Below, piece after piece: positions 27,749 to 38,272 of a DNA stretch of 64,000 nucleotides (positions are counted from its first letter, which is position 1; each line of letters starts with the position of its first letter). The notes beneath the pieces were generated by a model. That model worked only from the letters and a program-made list of their open reading frames with translations, did no database searches and was not told where the DNA came from. Position numbers and translations under genes: made by a program. The DNA is from Dehalococcoidia bacterium (GTDB lineage: Bacteria > Chloroflexota > Dehalococcoidia > Plut-88900): NCBI GenBank assembly GCA_965197585.1, contig OZ240215.1:2400001-2464000 (forward strand), in the 5' to 3' direction.

Positions 27749-29683
27749 ATGAGATCTAAGGTAGCTGGTAGGCATTGGTTCCTTATCTTGCTTGCCGTGG
27801 CCCTGGTGTCCGTCCTATTCGTCGTAGCATGTGGCGACGGCGAGCCCGAGCCCACTGCAGCACCCGTCGACACAGGGGCCGCGGAAGCTGCCGCAGATGC
27901 AGCCGCTGCTGCCGAAGCCGCAGAGGCCGCCATATCAGAGGCAGAGGCCACACTGTCAGAGGCAGCAATGGCCGCGGAGGCCGCAGCTAAGGCTGCTGAG
28001 GAAGCTGTCGCCTTTGCCGCAGAGCTCGCTGCCGCTGCCCAGGCTGCCGCCGAGGCCGCCGGCACCGCAGATTCCGCGGCTGTTATGGCCGCCCAAGAGG
28101 CCGCCGCTCAGGCCGTGGCCGCTGCCGAAGCCGCTGCCGCCCAAGCTGCCGAGCTAGCGATGGCCGCCGCAGAAGCTCAAGCCGCTGCCGTCGCCGAAGC
28201 CGCCGCTGCCGAAACCGTTCTCACGCCGAAGTACGGTGGCTCGCTAAGAGTTGGGTTAGCAGCAAGAAACTTAACGTTGGACCCGGCTATACACCTCACA
28301 GCAGTTGACATTTCCATCACCCAGGCAACCTATGACAATCTGATCATGATCCAGCCGGACCTTTCCGTGAAGCCGGAGTTGGCCAGGTCCTGGGAGCCCA
28401 ACGAAGACTTCACGTCCTACACCTTCCATCTGCGCAGAGGTGTAAAGTTCCACCACGGAAAGGACTTCAAGGCGGAGGACGTGATCTACACCTTTGACCG
28501 GCTCCTAGATCCCGAGTTGGACAGTGCGGCGCGGGTCCCATTCTCGGTCATCGAAGAAATCGTCGCCGTCGACGACTACACCGTACGCTTCGACCTCGTC
28601 GGCCCCAACTCGTTGTTCCTGGATAGCCTGTCAATTTACCAGGCACGAATCCTCCCCTCCGAAATAGACGGCGTCAAGTTACCCATACACACCGACCGGT
28701 TCGACTCTGGGGAGTTCGGCTCGGGGCCCTTCATACTGGTGGAGCACCTGATAGGCGAACGCTCGACGATGGTGCGGAACCCCGACTACTGGCAACAGGG
28801 CTTTCCCTACCTGGATGAGATCGTCCTTGTCAGCATACGCGAGCCGGCAGCCCGGCAACTGGCCCTCGAGGCTGGCGACGTCGATATCGTATTTCAATTG
28901 GAATTCTCGACCGTTGCCGCTCTTGATGCGAACCCAGACACCGTGGTGTTGGAGAGCGACAGCGCGGCCTGGATGGGAATGGTCTTGGCAACCGACGCTG
29001 CGCCGTTCGATAACAAGCTGGTCCGACAGGCCATGCAAGCCGCGACGGACCGGGAACTTATCAGACAATCAGCGCTGTTGGGACGCGGCCAGTTGGCCTA
29101 TGACCACCCCGTTCCGGCCAATAGCCCCCTCTTTTCGGCGGAAGCTGCTGCTGAAGTCCGCTACGACCCCGAGTTGGCGAAGTCGTTGTTGGAGCAGGCT
29201 GGACACCCTGATGGGATCGACATCACACTGTTCACAGGCGACGTGGGGCCAGGGATGAGGGAAATGGCGGTGGCAATGCAACAGAGCGCTGCGCCCGCCG
29301 GGATTCGCATTGAAATCGAGGAAAGGCCCTCGGACAGGTTCTGGGGCGATGTGTGGGGCGTTGAGCCCTTCACGGTCATTTGGTTTTACGGCCGGCCCAA
29401 CCCGGACGCGGCCCTGACCATCCAGTCCTGCGTCGACTGCCCCTTCAATGCGCCGCGTTACTACAACCAGACGCTTGACGACCTGGTCGTGAAGGCAAGG
29501 GGGCAGGACCTTGAAGGCCAGAAGGAGAGCTGGGCGGAGATCCAGCGCATCATGATCGAAAATGTGCCTCACCTGGTCGTGGCATTCATACCGCAGTTGG
29601 CCGGCGCGCGCAGCAACCTAGTAGGCGCAGAACCTCACCCGCTGGGCTGGGGAGTCTTCCAGAACGTCTGGTTTAACGAATAG
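27749..29683 (+). CDS. ABC transporter family-5 solute-binding lipoprotein, copy 2
   Basis: Same architecture as copy 1. Confidence 0.93.
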   Translation: MRSKVAGRHWFLILLAVALVSVLFVVACGDGEPEPTAAPVDTGAAEAAADAAAAAEAAEAAISEAEATLSEAAMAAEAAAKAAEEAVAFAAELAAAAQAAAEAAGTADSAAVMAAQEAAAQAVAAAEAAAAQAAELAMAAAEAQAAAVAEAAAAETVLTPKYGGSLRVGLAARNLTLDPAIHLTAVDISITQATYDNLIMIQPDLSVKPELARSWEPNEDFTSYTFHLRRGVKFHHGKDFKAEDVIYTFDRLLDPELDSAARVPFSVIEEIVAVDDYTVRFDLVGPNSLFLDSLSIYQARILPSEIDGVKLPIHTDRFDSGEFGSGPFILVEHLIGERSTMVRNPDYWQQGFPYLDEIVLVSIREPAARQLALEAGDVDIVFQLEFSTVAALDANPDTVVLESDSAAWMGMVLATDAAPFDNKLVRQAMQAATDRELIRQSALLGRGQLAYDHPVPANSPLFSAEAAAEVRYDPELAKSLLEQAGHPDGIDITLFTGDVGPGMREMAVAMQQSAAPAGIRIEIEERPSDRFWGDVWGVEPFTVIWFYGRPNPDAALTIQSCVDCPFNAPRYYNQTLDDLVVKARGQDLEGQKESWAEIQRIMIENVPHLVVAFIPQLAGARSNLVGAEPHPLGWGVFQNVWFNE

Positions 29684-29734
29684 AGAGTCGCCTCGGGTTT
29701 GGCCTTAGGTCTACCCCAGTAGTTGAGAAAGAAA

Positions 29735-29777
29735 TGGGCCCCCGGCTTGCTGTTGAAGCCGGGGGCCCACCCTTTTA
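29735..29777 (+). terminator. Intrinsic terminator
   Basis: Identical hairpin to 27505-27547. Confidence 0.75.
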
Positions 29778-29978
29778 GTCCAGGCGGTCAATTCCATGTG
29801 AAATATAGCACAATATCGATCATTTAGGCATATTTCATGTCAAGCTTGACAATTCGAGGATAGTCCATGTAGCGTTGCCGACGCCGAATCAATAGCAATG
29901 CGCCAGTGCGACATTCCCGTTTATTCCCATGTAGCCCCCCAAAAGTGTACGCCTGCCGCATAAACGTAGGAGATTATT

Positions 29979-31913
29979 ATGAGATCTAAGGTAGCCAGTA
30001 AGAATTGGTTTCTTATCTTGCTTACCATGGCACTGGTATCCGTCCTCTTCGTCGTGGCCTGTAGCGACGGCGAGCCCGAGCCCACTGCAGCACCCGTCGA
30101 CACAGGGGCCGCGGAAGCTGCCGCAGAAGCCGCCGCTGCTGCCGAAGCCGCAGAGGCCGCCATATCAGATGCCGAGGCCACACTGTCAGAGGCAGCGATG
30201 GCCGCAGAAGCCGCCGCTAAGGCTGCTGAGGAAGCTGTCGCCTTTGCCGCAGAGCTCGCTGCCGCTGCCCAGGCTGCCGCCGAGGCCGCCGGCACCGCTG
30301 ATTCCGCGGCTGTTATGGCCGCACAAGATGCCGCAGCTCAAGCCGTAGCTGCTGCCGAAGCTGCTGCCGCCCAGGCTGCCGAGCTCGCTATGGCCGCCGC
30401 CGAGGCACAAGCCGCTGCCGTCGCCGAAGCCGCCGCTGCCGAAGCCGTTCTCACGCCGAAGTACGGTGGCTCGCTAAGAGTTGCGTTTGCAGCAACAAAC
30501 TTAACGTTGGACCCGGCTTTACAGAACGCAAACATTGACATTTCCATCACCCAGGCAACCTATGACAATCTGATCATGATCCAGCCGGACCTTTCCGTGA
30601 AGCCGGAACTGGCCAGGTCCTGGGAGCACAACGAAGACTTCACGTCCTACACCTTTCACCTGCGTAGAGGCGTAAAGTTCCACCACGGAAAGGACTTCAA
30701 GGCGGAGGACGTGATCTACACCTTTGACCGGCTCCAAGACCCCGAGCTGGACAGCACGGCGCGGGGCCCATTCTCGGTCATCGAAGAAGTCGTCGCCGTC
30801 GACGACTACACCGTACGCTTCGACCTCGTCGGCCCCAACTCGTTGTTCCTGGATAGCCTGTCAATTTACCAGGCACGAATCCTCCCCTCCGAAATAGACG
30901 GCGTCAAGTTACCCATAAACACCGATCGGTTCGACTCTGGGGAGTTCGGCTCGGGGCCCTTCATACTGGTGGAACACCTGATAGGCGAGCGCTCGACGAT
31001 GGTGCGGAACCCCGACTACTGGCAACAGGGCTACCCCTACCTGGATGAGATCGTCTTTGTCAGCATACGCGAGCCGGCAGCCCGGCAGCTGGCCCTCGAG
31101 GCTGGCGACGTCGATCTCGTATTTCAGTTGGAATTCTCGCTCACTGCCGCTCTCGAGGCGAACCCAGACACCGTGGTGTTGGAGAGCGACAGCGCGGCCT
31201 GGATGGGAATGGTCTTGGCAACCGACATTGCGCCGTTCGATAACACGCTGGTCCGACAGGCCATGCAAGCCGCGACAGACCGGGAACTCATCAGACAAGT
31301 GGCGCTGCTTGGACGCGGCCAACTAGCGTACGACCACCCCGTTCCGGCCAACAGCCCCCTCTTCTCGGCGGAAGCAGCCGCAAGGGTCCGCTACGACCCC
31401 GATAGAGCCAGGGAGTTGTTGGAGGAGGCAGGACACCCGGACGGAATCGACATCACACTGTTCACAGGCGATCTCGGACCAGGGATGAGGGAAATGGCGG
31501 TAGCATTCCAACAGAGTGCTGCGCCCGCTGGCATTCGGGTGGCGATCGAGGAAAGGCCTTCAGACAGGTTCTGGGGCGATGTGTGGGGTGTTGAGCCCTT
31601 CACGGTCATTCGGTTTTTCGGCCGGCCCAACCCGGACGCGGCCCTGAGCATCCAGAACTGCGTCGGCTGCTCCTACAATAAGCCGCGTTACTACAACCAG
31701 CACCTTGACGACCTCGTCGTGAAGGCAAGGGGGCAGGACCTTGAAGGCCAGCAGGAGACCTGGGCGGAGATCCAGAACATCATGATCGAAAATGTGCCTC
31801 ACCTGATCGTGGCATTCATCCCGCAGTTGACCGGTGCGCGCAGCAACGTGTATGGCGCGGACCCCCATCCACTGAGTTGGGGACTCCTCCAGAACGCCTG
31901 GATTGACGAATAG
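29979..31913 (+). CDS. ABC transporter family-5 solute-binding lipoprotein, copy 3
   Basis: Same architecture as copies 1 and 2. Confidence 0.93.
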   Translation: MRSKVASKNWFLILLTMALVSVLFVVACSDGEPEPTAAPVDTGAAEAAAEAAAAAEAAEAAISDAEATLSEAAMAAEAAAKAAEEAVAFAAELAAAAQAAAEAAGTADSAAVMAAQDAAAQAVAAAEAAAAQAAELAMAAAEAQAAAVAEAAAAEAVLTPKYGGSLRVAFAATNLTLDPALQNANIDISITQATYDNLIMIQPDLSVKPELARSWEHNEDFTSYTFHLRRGVKFHHGKDFKAEDVIYTFDRLQDPELDSTARGPFSVIEEVVAVDDYTVRFDLVGPNSLFLDSLSIYQARILPSEIDGVKLPINTDRFDSGEFGSGPFILVEHLIGERSTMVRNPDYWQQGYPYLDEIVFVSIREPAARQLALEAGDVDLVFQLEFSLTAALEANPDTVVLESDSAAWMGMVLATDIAPFDNTLVRQAMQAATDRELIRQVALLGRGQLAYDHPVPANSPLFSAEAAARVRYDPDRARELLEEAGHPDGIDITLFTGDLGPGMREMAVAFQQSAAPAGIRVAIEERPSDRFWGDVWGVEPFTVIRFFGRPNPDAALSIQNCVGCSYNKPRYYNQHLDDLVVKARGQDLEGQQETWAEIQNIMIENVPHLIVAFIPQLTGARSNVYGADPHPLSWGLLQNAWIDE

Positions 31914-32210
31914 GGGGGCACCAGCGTATTAGCTTCGGTGTATCCCAGTCGTTGGAAATGAGATGGGGCCCTAGCTTCAATGTAAGCCGGGGTCCCATAC
32001 TCTTTGCCCGGTTAGGACCAGGAATGCCCTGCCAGAAACTTGGCCATCCGATGAACCGGCCGTGAGATAGTACGTTTTTGGGGACTCTTCCTTAATACGT
32101 AGGCCGCATTATGGGAGCGTACTCCCGGCCAGGTTGTTGATTCCTTTCCGGATTAGGTACGCACCTCTTTTTTGCAAATTAGAAGAAACATTATCCCCCC
32201 CGATGCTGAA

Positions 32211-32239
32211 TTGACAAGACCAGAGTGGGCTGATAGCTT
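32211..32239 (+). promoter_or_regulatory. Putative sigma70 promoter of the permease operon
   Basis: TTGACA-17 bp-(TGA)TAGCTT, extended -10. Confidence 0.55.
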
Positions 32240-32379
32240 TATGGGCCTAACCCCCTACGACTTGCCGATGACTGAGTGTCAGGAAGAGACCCTCTTGCAA
32301 GTTGAGGTTATTAGTCCACACTCGGTCCCCCTATCCGCTGGGCCAGCTTTCCAGAGGCTACTGATAGGCTGTTGAGCAC

Positions 32380-33324
32380 ATGTTACGTTTCATAACGGTG
32401 CGCCTGGGCTTGATCGTAATCACCCTTCTCGTGGTCTCTGTAGTCATATTCACTGTCACGGAGATGCTGCCGGGTGATGCGGCCGAGATAGTGATGGGGC
32501 GGAATGCAACGGAACAGAATCTCAAGCATATGCGGGAACAGTTGGGCCTCGACCACCCCGCTCCCGTCCGGTACGGAGACTGGATCTGGGGTGTCGTCCA
32601 AGGCGACTTCGGCGAATCTTTGATTCAAAAACGCCCAGTCACGGAAATCATAGGGCACCGTTTTCTGCCGTCCATATACCTTGCCGTGTTCGCCTTTGCA
32701 ATAGCGGTGCCCCCGGCGGTGCTTGTCGGAACTATGGCCGGGGTGAGACCCAACAGCATTGGTGACCGCATTGTCAGCACTGTCGGCATGGTAGGGATAT
32801 CGCTGCCGGAGTTTGTGACCGGGTTGCTGTTGATCATCATCTTTTCCTCCGAATTGGGCTGGTTACCGACCACCAGCGCCATACCCCGGGGCGAGAGTCC
32901 TCTAACGAGGCCGGAGATCCTGGTGCTGCCGACCCTAACGCTGACCGGCGTGGTATTTGCCTACATTATGCGAATGACGCGTGCCAATGTGTTGGAGGTC
33001 ATGGAGAGCAACTACGTGCGGACGGCGGTCCTGAAGGGCCTCCCAATGAGGAGGGTCATATTGCGGCACGTCGTTCCGAATGCAATTCTGCCAACCATCA
33101 GCATAGTTGCTGCAATGAGCGGGTGGCTTTTGGCCGGCCTCATCATAGTTGAGAACGTATTCTCCTATCCGGGCCTGGGACAACTGCTATTGAGCTCGAT
33201 CGAAACTCGTGACATACCCTTGTTGCAGGCGCTTACGCTGATTATCGCCGTGACCTATACCATCAGCACCCTGCTGGCGGACCTTAGCTACGCAGTTCTG
33301 GACCCGCGGATAAGGTACGCCTAA
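32380..33324 (+). CDS. Peptide/nickel ABC transporter permease (DppB-like)
   Basis: LPGDAA, LGLDHP...Y..W, GDFGES, YVRTAVLKGL, ENVFSYPGLG, LDPRIR. Confidence 0.93.
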   Translation: MLRFITVRLGLIVITLLVVSVVIFTVTEMLPGDAAEIVMGRNATEQNLKHMREQLGLDHPAPVRYGDWIWGVVQGDFGESLIQKRPVTEIIGHRFLPSIYLAVFAFAIAVPPAVLVGTMAGVRPNSIGDRIVSTVGMVGISLPEFVTGLLLIIIFSSELGWLPTTSAIPRGESPLTRPEILVLPTLTLTGVVFAYIMRMTRANVLEVMESNYVRTAVLKGLPMRRVILRHVVPNAILPTISIVAAMSGWLLAGLIIVENVFSYPGLGQLLLSSIETRDIPLLQALTLIIAVTYTISTLLADLSYAVLDPRIRYA

Positions 33325-34298
33325 TGGCGCTCGCACCTACCACAGGCAAGACTCGCATTGGCGTGCCCGGCGCCGCCCGGCCCGTGCTTCTGGCCGCGGG
33401 CCGGGGGACCCGCGAGTTTTTGCGGCTTTCGCTATCCACTACGGCAGGCCGTATAGGGTTGCCCATCGTAATGATCCACGTGTTCTTGGCGATTTTCGGT
33501 TCGATGGTGGCCCCTTATCCCTTTGATGAGTTCCATGTGCCACCCCTCTTCCCCGCCGAGGACCAGCTTTCGGGGCCGAACTGGACCTACCTGCTGGGAA
33601 CGGATCAATTCGGGCGCGACGTTTTCAGCCGCGTATTGTCCGGGGCAGGCTCTTTGATAGCGATGTCGCTGGGCGGCGCTCTGCTGGGTATCTTCCTCGG
33701 CACCGTGATAGGGATGAGCAGCGGCTACAAGGGAGGCAGGGTGGACGAGGTGGTGATGCGCATCATGGACGGGGGTTTGGCCTTTCCGGGCTTGCTTCTT
33801 GCCCTCTTGGTACTGACTACTCTCGGCGCTCGGGAGGCCCCGTGGCACTGGCTCGACGAAAACTGGGAGGGCCTGCTAATCGCGCTGACTGTCGGCGTCG
33901 TCCATGCACCCACTATTTCTCGTGTGATGCGGAGCGTAACTCTAAAGGCGAAGAACCAGGAGTTTGTAATGAGCGCCCGACTGCGGGGAGAGTCCGCGGC
34001 CTACATCATTTTCAGGGAGATCCTGCCCAATGCATTGACGGTCCTGGCGGTGGAACTCTCGGTGCGGCTGAGCTATTCGATCCTCATCGTGTCCACCCTG
34101 GGATTTCTCGGCTTGGGTGTTTCGCCGCCATCGCCGGACTGGGGCCGCATGATCGGCGAGGGCCGACAGTACATAGGCACAGCACCGTGGATGACGCTGG
34201 CGCCGGCGGGTGCAGTCGCCTCGTTGGTGGTGGGTGTCAATCTGCTGACCGACGGCATCAAACAGGCCAGCGGTCTTCCCAGAGAGATCATCAGATGA
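33324..34298 (+). CDS. Peptide/nickel ABC transporter permease (DppC-like)
   Basis: LGTDQFGRDVFSR, EFVMSARLRG, LGFLGLG.SPPSPDWG. Confidence 0.93.
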   Translation: MALAPTTGKTRIGVPGAARPVLLAAGRGTREFLRLSLSTTAGRIGLPIVMIHVFLAIFGSMVAPYPFDEFHVPPLFPAEDQLSGPNWTYLLGTDQFGRDVFSRVLSGAGSLIAMSLGGALLGIFLGTVIGMSSGYKGGRVDEVVMRIMDGGLAFPGLLLALLVLTTLGAREAPWHWLDENWEGLLIALTVGVVHAPTISRVMRSVTLKAKNQEFVMSARLRGESAAYIIFREILPNALTVLAVELSVRLSYSILIVSTLGFLGLGVSPPSPDWGRMIGEGRQYIGTAPWMTLAPAGAVASLVVGVNLLTDGIKQASGLPREIIR

Positions 34299-36382
34299 GC
34301 AGCCAGTCAAACCTTGGAACACCGCTGCTCCAGGTGGAGAATCTGGCCGTAACATTCTTCACGCCCCGGGGCACGGTCTACGCGGTCAGGGACGCATCGC
34401 TGGAGGTGCATCGCGGGGAGGTGATGGGGGTCGTAGGTGAATCGGGATGCGGCAAGTCGACCACTGCCTTCGCCGTCATGGGCTACCTGCCGGGCACTAC
34501 ACGGGTAGACGGCAGGATACTGTTCGAAGGCCGGGACGTTGCGCAAATGGACTCGTCGGAACTGAGCCATTTGCGGGGCAACCGCATAGCCATGGTGTAC
34601 CAGGACCCCGCGACGTCGCTGAATCCGACCATGAGGGCGGGGGCACAGATCCATGAGGTGCTCAGCCGGCACCTGGACATGGATACCCAGCAAAGTCACC
34701 ACCGGACAGTGGAGCTTTTCGAGAGCGTACGATTGGCTGACCCGGAGTCTATTGGGCGTCGGTATCCCCATGAGCTCAGCGGGGGCCAACAGCAGCGGGT
34801 GGTCATCGCCATGGCATTGGCCTGTGAACCGGACCTGCTGATCATGGACGAACCGACTACAGGACTGGACGTCACCACGGAAGCAACGATCCTGGAGTTG
34901 GTGGTGGACTTGAAGCAGCGCATCAACGCAGGCATCCTGTATGTGACCCACAACCTGGGAGTGATCGCCGCCGTGGCCGACCGAGTGGCAGTGATGTACG
35001 GCGGCGAGACAGTAGAGGAATCCCCGGTCCGGGAGCTGTTCAAGTCCCCCAAACATCCCTATACGGTGGGACTGCTGAGTTGCGTCCCCACACCCCCCAC
35101 GGAGTCTGGAGCAACCGTACAGCTCAGTAGCATCCCGGGCTCGGTCTTTCCTGCAGCTGAGTCGGCGCCGAGCGCTTGCCTTTTCATGTCACGATGCCCT
35201 CTGGCCCAAGAGTCATGTGGTAACCAGGCGCCGCCGGTTGTCGACACGGGTTCCGGGCACCTCTCTCGCTGTTTGTATTCCAGTGATGTTAACCGGGACA
35301 CTTGGGGGGAACAGCAGACTAACGTGGAAATAGGTCGCGTCCAGGCAGACCCTGTATTGTCGGCAAGACGTCTCCGCCGTTTCTACGGGAGTTGGGGACG
35401 CAAGTACCTATTATTTGGCCCCCGAGTCCGGCCGCCTGTCCGCGCCGTTAATGAAGTTGATTTTGATGTCGGGCTGGGACGGACGTTGGGAATCGTGGGT
35501 GAAAGCGGCTCCGGCAAAACTACCGTTGCACAGGCCATAGTGGGACTGGTTCCCCGTGACCGAGGCGATCTCCAACTACGAGAGCAGAATCTGGCGCCCG
35601 CCGTCGGAAAGCGCACCCGACCTCAGCAGGCGGCCATGCGCATGGTGTTCCAGAACCCGACTGCCTCCCTTAATCCCAAGCTTGCTGTCCGACATGCCAT
35701 TGTCCGAGCACTGCACAAGTTCTCCGGCCTCAACAAACGGGAGAGTCGGCAGCGTGCCGGGGAGTTGCTGCAGGCCGTGGGGCTGGACCCTGGCTACTTG
35801 AACCGACGCCCCGGGGAACTGAGCGGGGGAGAGCAACAGCGCGTGGCCCTGGCCGGGGCCTTCGCCGCCTCCCCGGACATCATAGTAGCCGACGAAGCAG
35901 TCTCTGCATTGGACGTATCCGTACAGGCCCAGGTGCTCAACCTGCTTCGGTCCCATCAACAGGACACGAACACCTCCTATGTATTCATCACCCATGATCT
36001 GGGCGTCGTACGATACCTCTCCGACGATATCCTTGTGCTGTATGCGGGGCATGTGGCCGAGTCGGGTCCCGCAAAGAAGGTGCTGGCGACGCCATCTCAC
36101 CCCTACACCGAAGCTTTGATGTCATCGGCGCCCGTACCTGATCCCGACGCCCAGCCGACTACAATCCGGCTTCCGGGATTCGTGCCCACCATGCGGGCCC
36201 AATTCCAGGGTTGCTTCTTCGCTGGGCGTTGTCCTCGAAAGATAGGACCCGTATGCGACGAAACCCCACCACCCGCGCGTACTTCCGACGGTGGAGAGCA
36301 CGTGATCTATTGCCATATTCCTCTGGAAGAGCTGTCCCGGCTGCAAGTTGACGGCGTAGAGTCTTTGCGGCCTGTCAAGTAA
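34295..36382 (+). CDS. Fused double-domain ABC ATPase (DppD-DppF type)
   Basis: Two Walker A motifs (GESGCGKS, GESGSGKT), two LSGG signatures, Cys-rich oligo_HPY tails; ATG overlaps the upstream stop (ATGA). Confidence 0.92.
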   Translation: MSSQSNLGTPLLQVENLAVTFFTPRGTVYAVRDASLEVHRGEVMGVVGESGCGKSTTAFAVMGYLPGTTRVDGRILFEGRDVAQMDSSELSHLRGNRIAMVYQDPATSLNPTMRAGAQIHEVLSRHLDMDTQQSHHRTVELFESVRLADPESIGRRYPHELSGGQQQRVVIAMALACEPDLLIMDEPTTGLDVTTEATILELVVDLKQRINAGILYVTHNLGVIAAVADRVAVMYGGETVEESPVRELFKSPKHPYTVGLLSCVPTPPTESGATVQLSSIPGSVFPAAESAPSACLFMSRCPLAQESCGNQAPPVVDTGSGHLSRCLYSSDVNRDTWGEQQTNVEIGRVQADPVLSARRLRRFYGSWGRKYLLFGPRVRPPVRAVNEVDFDVGLGRTLGIVGESGSGKTTVAQAIVGLVPRDRGDLQLREQNLAPAVGKRTRPQQAAMRMVFQNPTASLNPKLAVRHAIVRALHKFSGLNKRESRQRAGELLQAVGLDPGYLNRRPGELSGGEQQRVALAGAFAASPDIIVADEAVSALDVSVQAQVLNLLRSHQQDTNTSYVFITHDLGVVRYLSDDILVLYAGHVAESGPAKKVLATPSHPYTEALMSSAPVPDPDAQPTTIRLPGFVPTMRAQFQGCFFAGRCPRKIGPVCDETPPPARTSDGGEHVIYCHIPLEELSRLQVDGVESLRPVK

Positions 36383-36650
36383 GAACCGTTTGCGGAGAGC
36401 CAAGCCCCAGGCACATAGTTTTCGGTTCTATTGCATAGCAGGGTTTGGAAGTTTAACGAGACGTAAGAGTACGAGCGGGGTTCCCGCGCACCTCATCGCG
36501 AAACTGCTAAAGGCGACAAACTCCGCGCTTCACTCCGTGAAGGGGCTTACCTTTCACTGACGCTCTCACTTCTTTTCTGTGTGCACGTATTGGGACTACG
36601 GACTTAGCACAAGACTTCGGATTGCCAAACCCTACTAGGCAATAGAACCC

Positions 36651-37586
36651 TTATCTTGACGGAGTTATACCCCTTACCAAAGGCAGTACCTCATGTGCGA
36701 ACTGCTCATATTGCTGCATGGTTTGGGAGGGCGGGACGGCCGCATACATCACAAAGTGCGTAACCCCTGCATCCACGTATTCCTGTATCGCAGCTACGCA
36801 GTCCTCTGCATACCCTGAGACATTCGCCTGACCCCGAATCGTCGGCCTCTCGCTCCTCCAGCGGTCCGACTCCGTTTCCAGAATCTTCCACGCCCGCTCC
36901 CGGTCGTCGTCGAGGCAGAACCAGAGGACCGTCCCAAACTCTATGGCGTCCGGGTCCCGACCCGCCTGCTCCGCGTAACCGCGCACTTTCTCCCTCTCGG
37001 CTGCGTATCGTGATGCCGGCACCGAGGAGGGTATGAACCCGTCCCCGAGCCTTCCCGTCCGCCTGACTGTCGCCTCTACGAGCCCATCTTTCCACAGCGG
37101 CCCCAGCCATATCGGAGAGTGAGGCCGCTGCACGGGCTCAGGCCCCACATTTACATTCTCCACTTCGTGAAACTTGCCGCAGTGAGTCACCCCTTCCTCC
37201 GCAAGCAGCCTGCGCAGCAAGACCAGCTTCTCATCCGCCATTTTGCCTCGCTGGTGGATATCCAGGCCCATGGCATCAAACTCTTTCTTGTTGCTCCCAA
37301 CCCCGAGCCCCAGTACCAATCTCCCCTTCGAGAGGACGTCTATGGTGGCGACGGTCTTGGCGAGGGCAACAGGGTGCCGGTATGGGAGCACCAACACCGC
37401 CGTAGCCAACAGAATGCGCTCCGTTCTCTGAGACGCTGCTGCCAGGACAGCCATCGGGTCGGGAGCGGCGCCGAGGGCGAAGTCGGTAGTCCAAAAAGAG
37501 TCGTATCCCAGCCCCTCGGCCCGTACGACCATGTCAACAGTCCTATTCGCGTCAAAGATGTCAGAATGCATTATCCCGAATTTCAT
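36651..37586 (-). CDS. LLM-class (flavin/F420-dependent) oxidoreductase
   Basis: AEGLGYDSFW, DVLSKGRLVLGLGVG, PEPVQRPH.PIWLG. Confidence 0.92.
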   Translation of the reverse strand: MKFGIMHSDIFDANRTVDMVVRAEGLGYDSFWTTDFALGAAPDPMAVLAAASQRTERILLATAVLVLPYRHPVALAKTVATIDVLSKGRLVLGLGVGSNKKEFDAMGLDIHQRGKMADEKLVLLRRLLAEEGVTHCGKFHEVENVNVGPEPVQRPHSPIWLGPLWKDGLVEATVRRTGRLGDGFIPSSVPASRYAAEREKVRGYAEQAGRDPDAIEFGTVLWFCLDDDRERAWKILETESDRWRSERPTIRGQANVSGYAEDCVAAIQEYVDAGVTHFVMYAAVPPSQTMQQYEQFAHEVLPLVRGITPSR

Positions 37587-37876
37587 GTCAGTAATACCGT
37601 GTGATCACCTCTTCCGTAATTAGAGAGGCCTATAGTGCTGGTGATCGCAAAATCATCCTTCCTCTTAAAGGCCCCGAGCTCGTACATTCTCCTGGCTTGG
37701 ACTTTGTCTTCAAACGAGAGACCCGTACCCACCGACACTACAGCCTGGGTGTTGCAATACTATCAAAAGGGCAATACCTTACTGTCTTGGGGCCAAGTGA
37801 TTCTCGGAGAGGGTTACATCGTGGATTAGGCCCGATACCCCACCCACGGAACTAAGAAAAGACTAGGAGTAAATAA

Positions 37877-38218
37877 ATGGGGACCTTTCGACTATACAGC
37901 GGAGAAGATGGCCAGTCCCACATCGAGTCCATTAGCCTGGCGGAGACTCCTGCTTGGACACAAGGTGTGCACACTACAAAGATCAGCTTCCAGGCACAGC
38001 CTGTGGGGAACTACCTGGACTGGCATCCCGCTCCGAGACGCCAATTCGTGATCATACTTTCTGGACAACTGGAGATTGGGTTGGGCGACGGGAGCAAGCA
38101 CGTATTTGGGCCCGGCGACGCCCGATTGGTGGAAGACATCACGGGACAGGGGCATACGACGGGGGTGTACGGCGACGAGGCGTGCGTCACGGCTACTATT
38201 CCACTCAAGGACCAATAG
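37877..38218 (+). CDS. Cupin domain protein
   Basis: DGQSHIE, DWHPAPRRQFVIILSG, EDITGQGH. Confidence 0.85.
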   Translation: MGTFRLYSGEDGQSHIESISLAETPAWTQGVHTTKISFQAQPVGNYLDWHPAPRRQFVIILSGQLEIGLGDGSKHVFGPGDARLVEDITGQGHTTGVYGDEACVTATIPLKDQ

Positions 38219-38272
38219 CGGCTGAGATGGGAAAGTAGACCTGCTCAAGAGCTTAGCAATAGTTGAACGGGA

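Larger units (their letters stand above)
25325..32000 (+). repeat. Tandem triplication, period 2230 bp (promoter + SBP gene + terminator)
   Basis: ATG starts at 25519, 27749, 29979 and stops at 27453, 29683, 31913 are each 2230 bp apart; intergenic sequences are homologous. Confidence 0.95.

Noticed and set aside
25325-32000. Diversity-generating retroelement or CRISPR explanation for the repeats
   Set aside because: No reverse transcriptase, cas gene or repeat-spacer array; the differences do not look adenine-specific
33842-34294. N-terminal extension of the ABC ATPase in the ORF track (similar extensions at 10917, 56603, 59411 and 61426)
   Set aside because: Overlaps neighbouring genes or repeats; RBS and homology indicate downstream starts
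36390-36650. Small hairpins between convergent genes; possible riboswitch or IS end
   Set aside because: No recognisable consensus, terminal repeats or downstream gene to regulate
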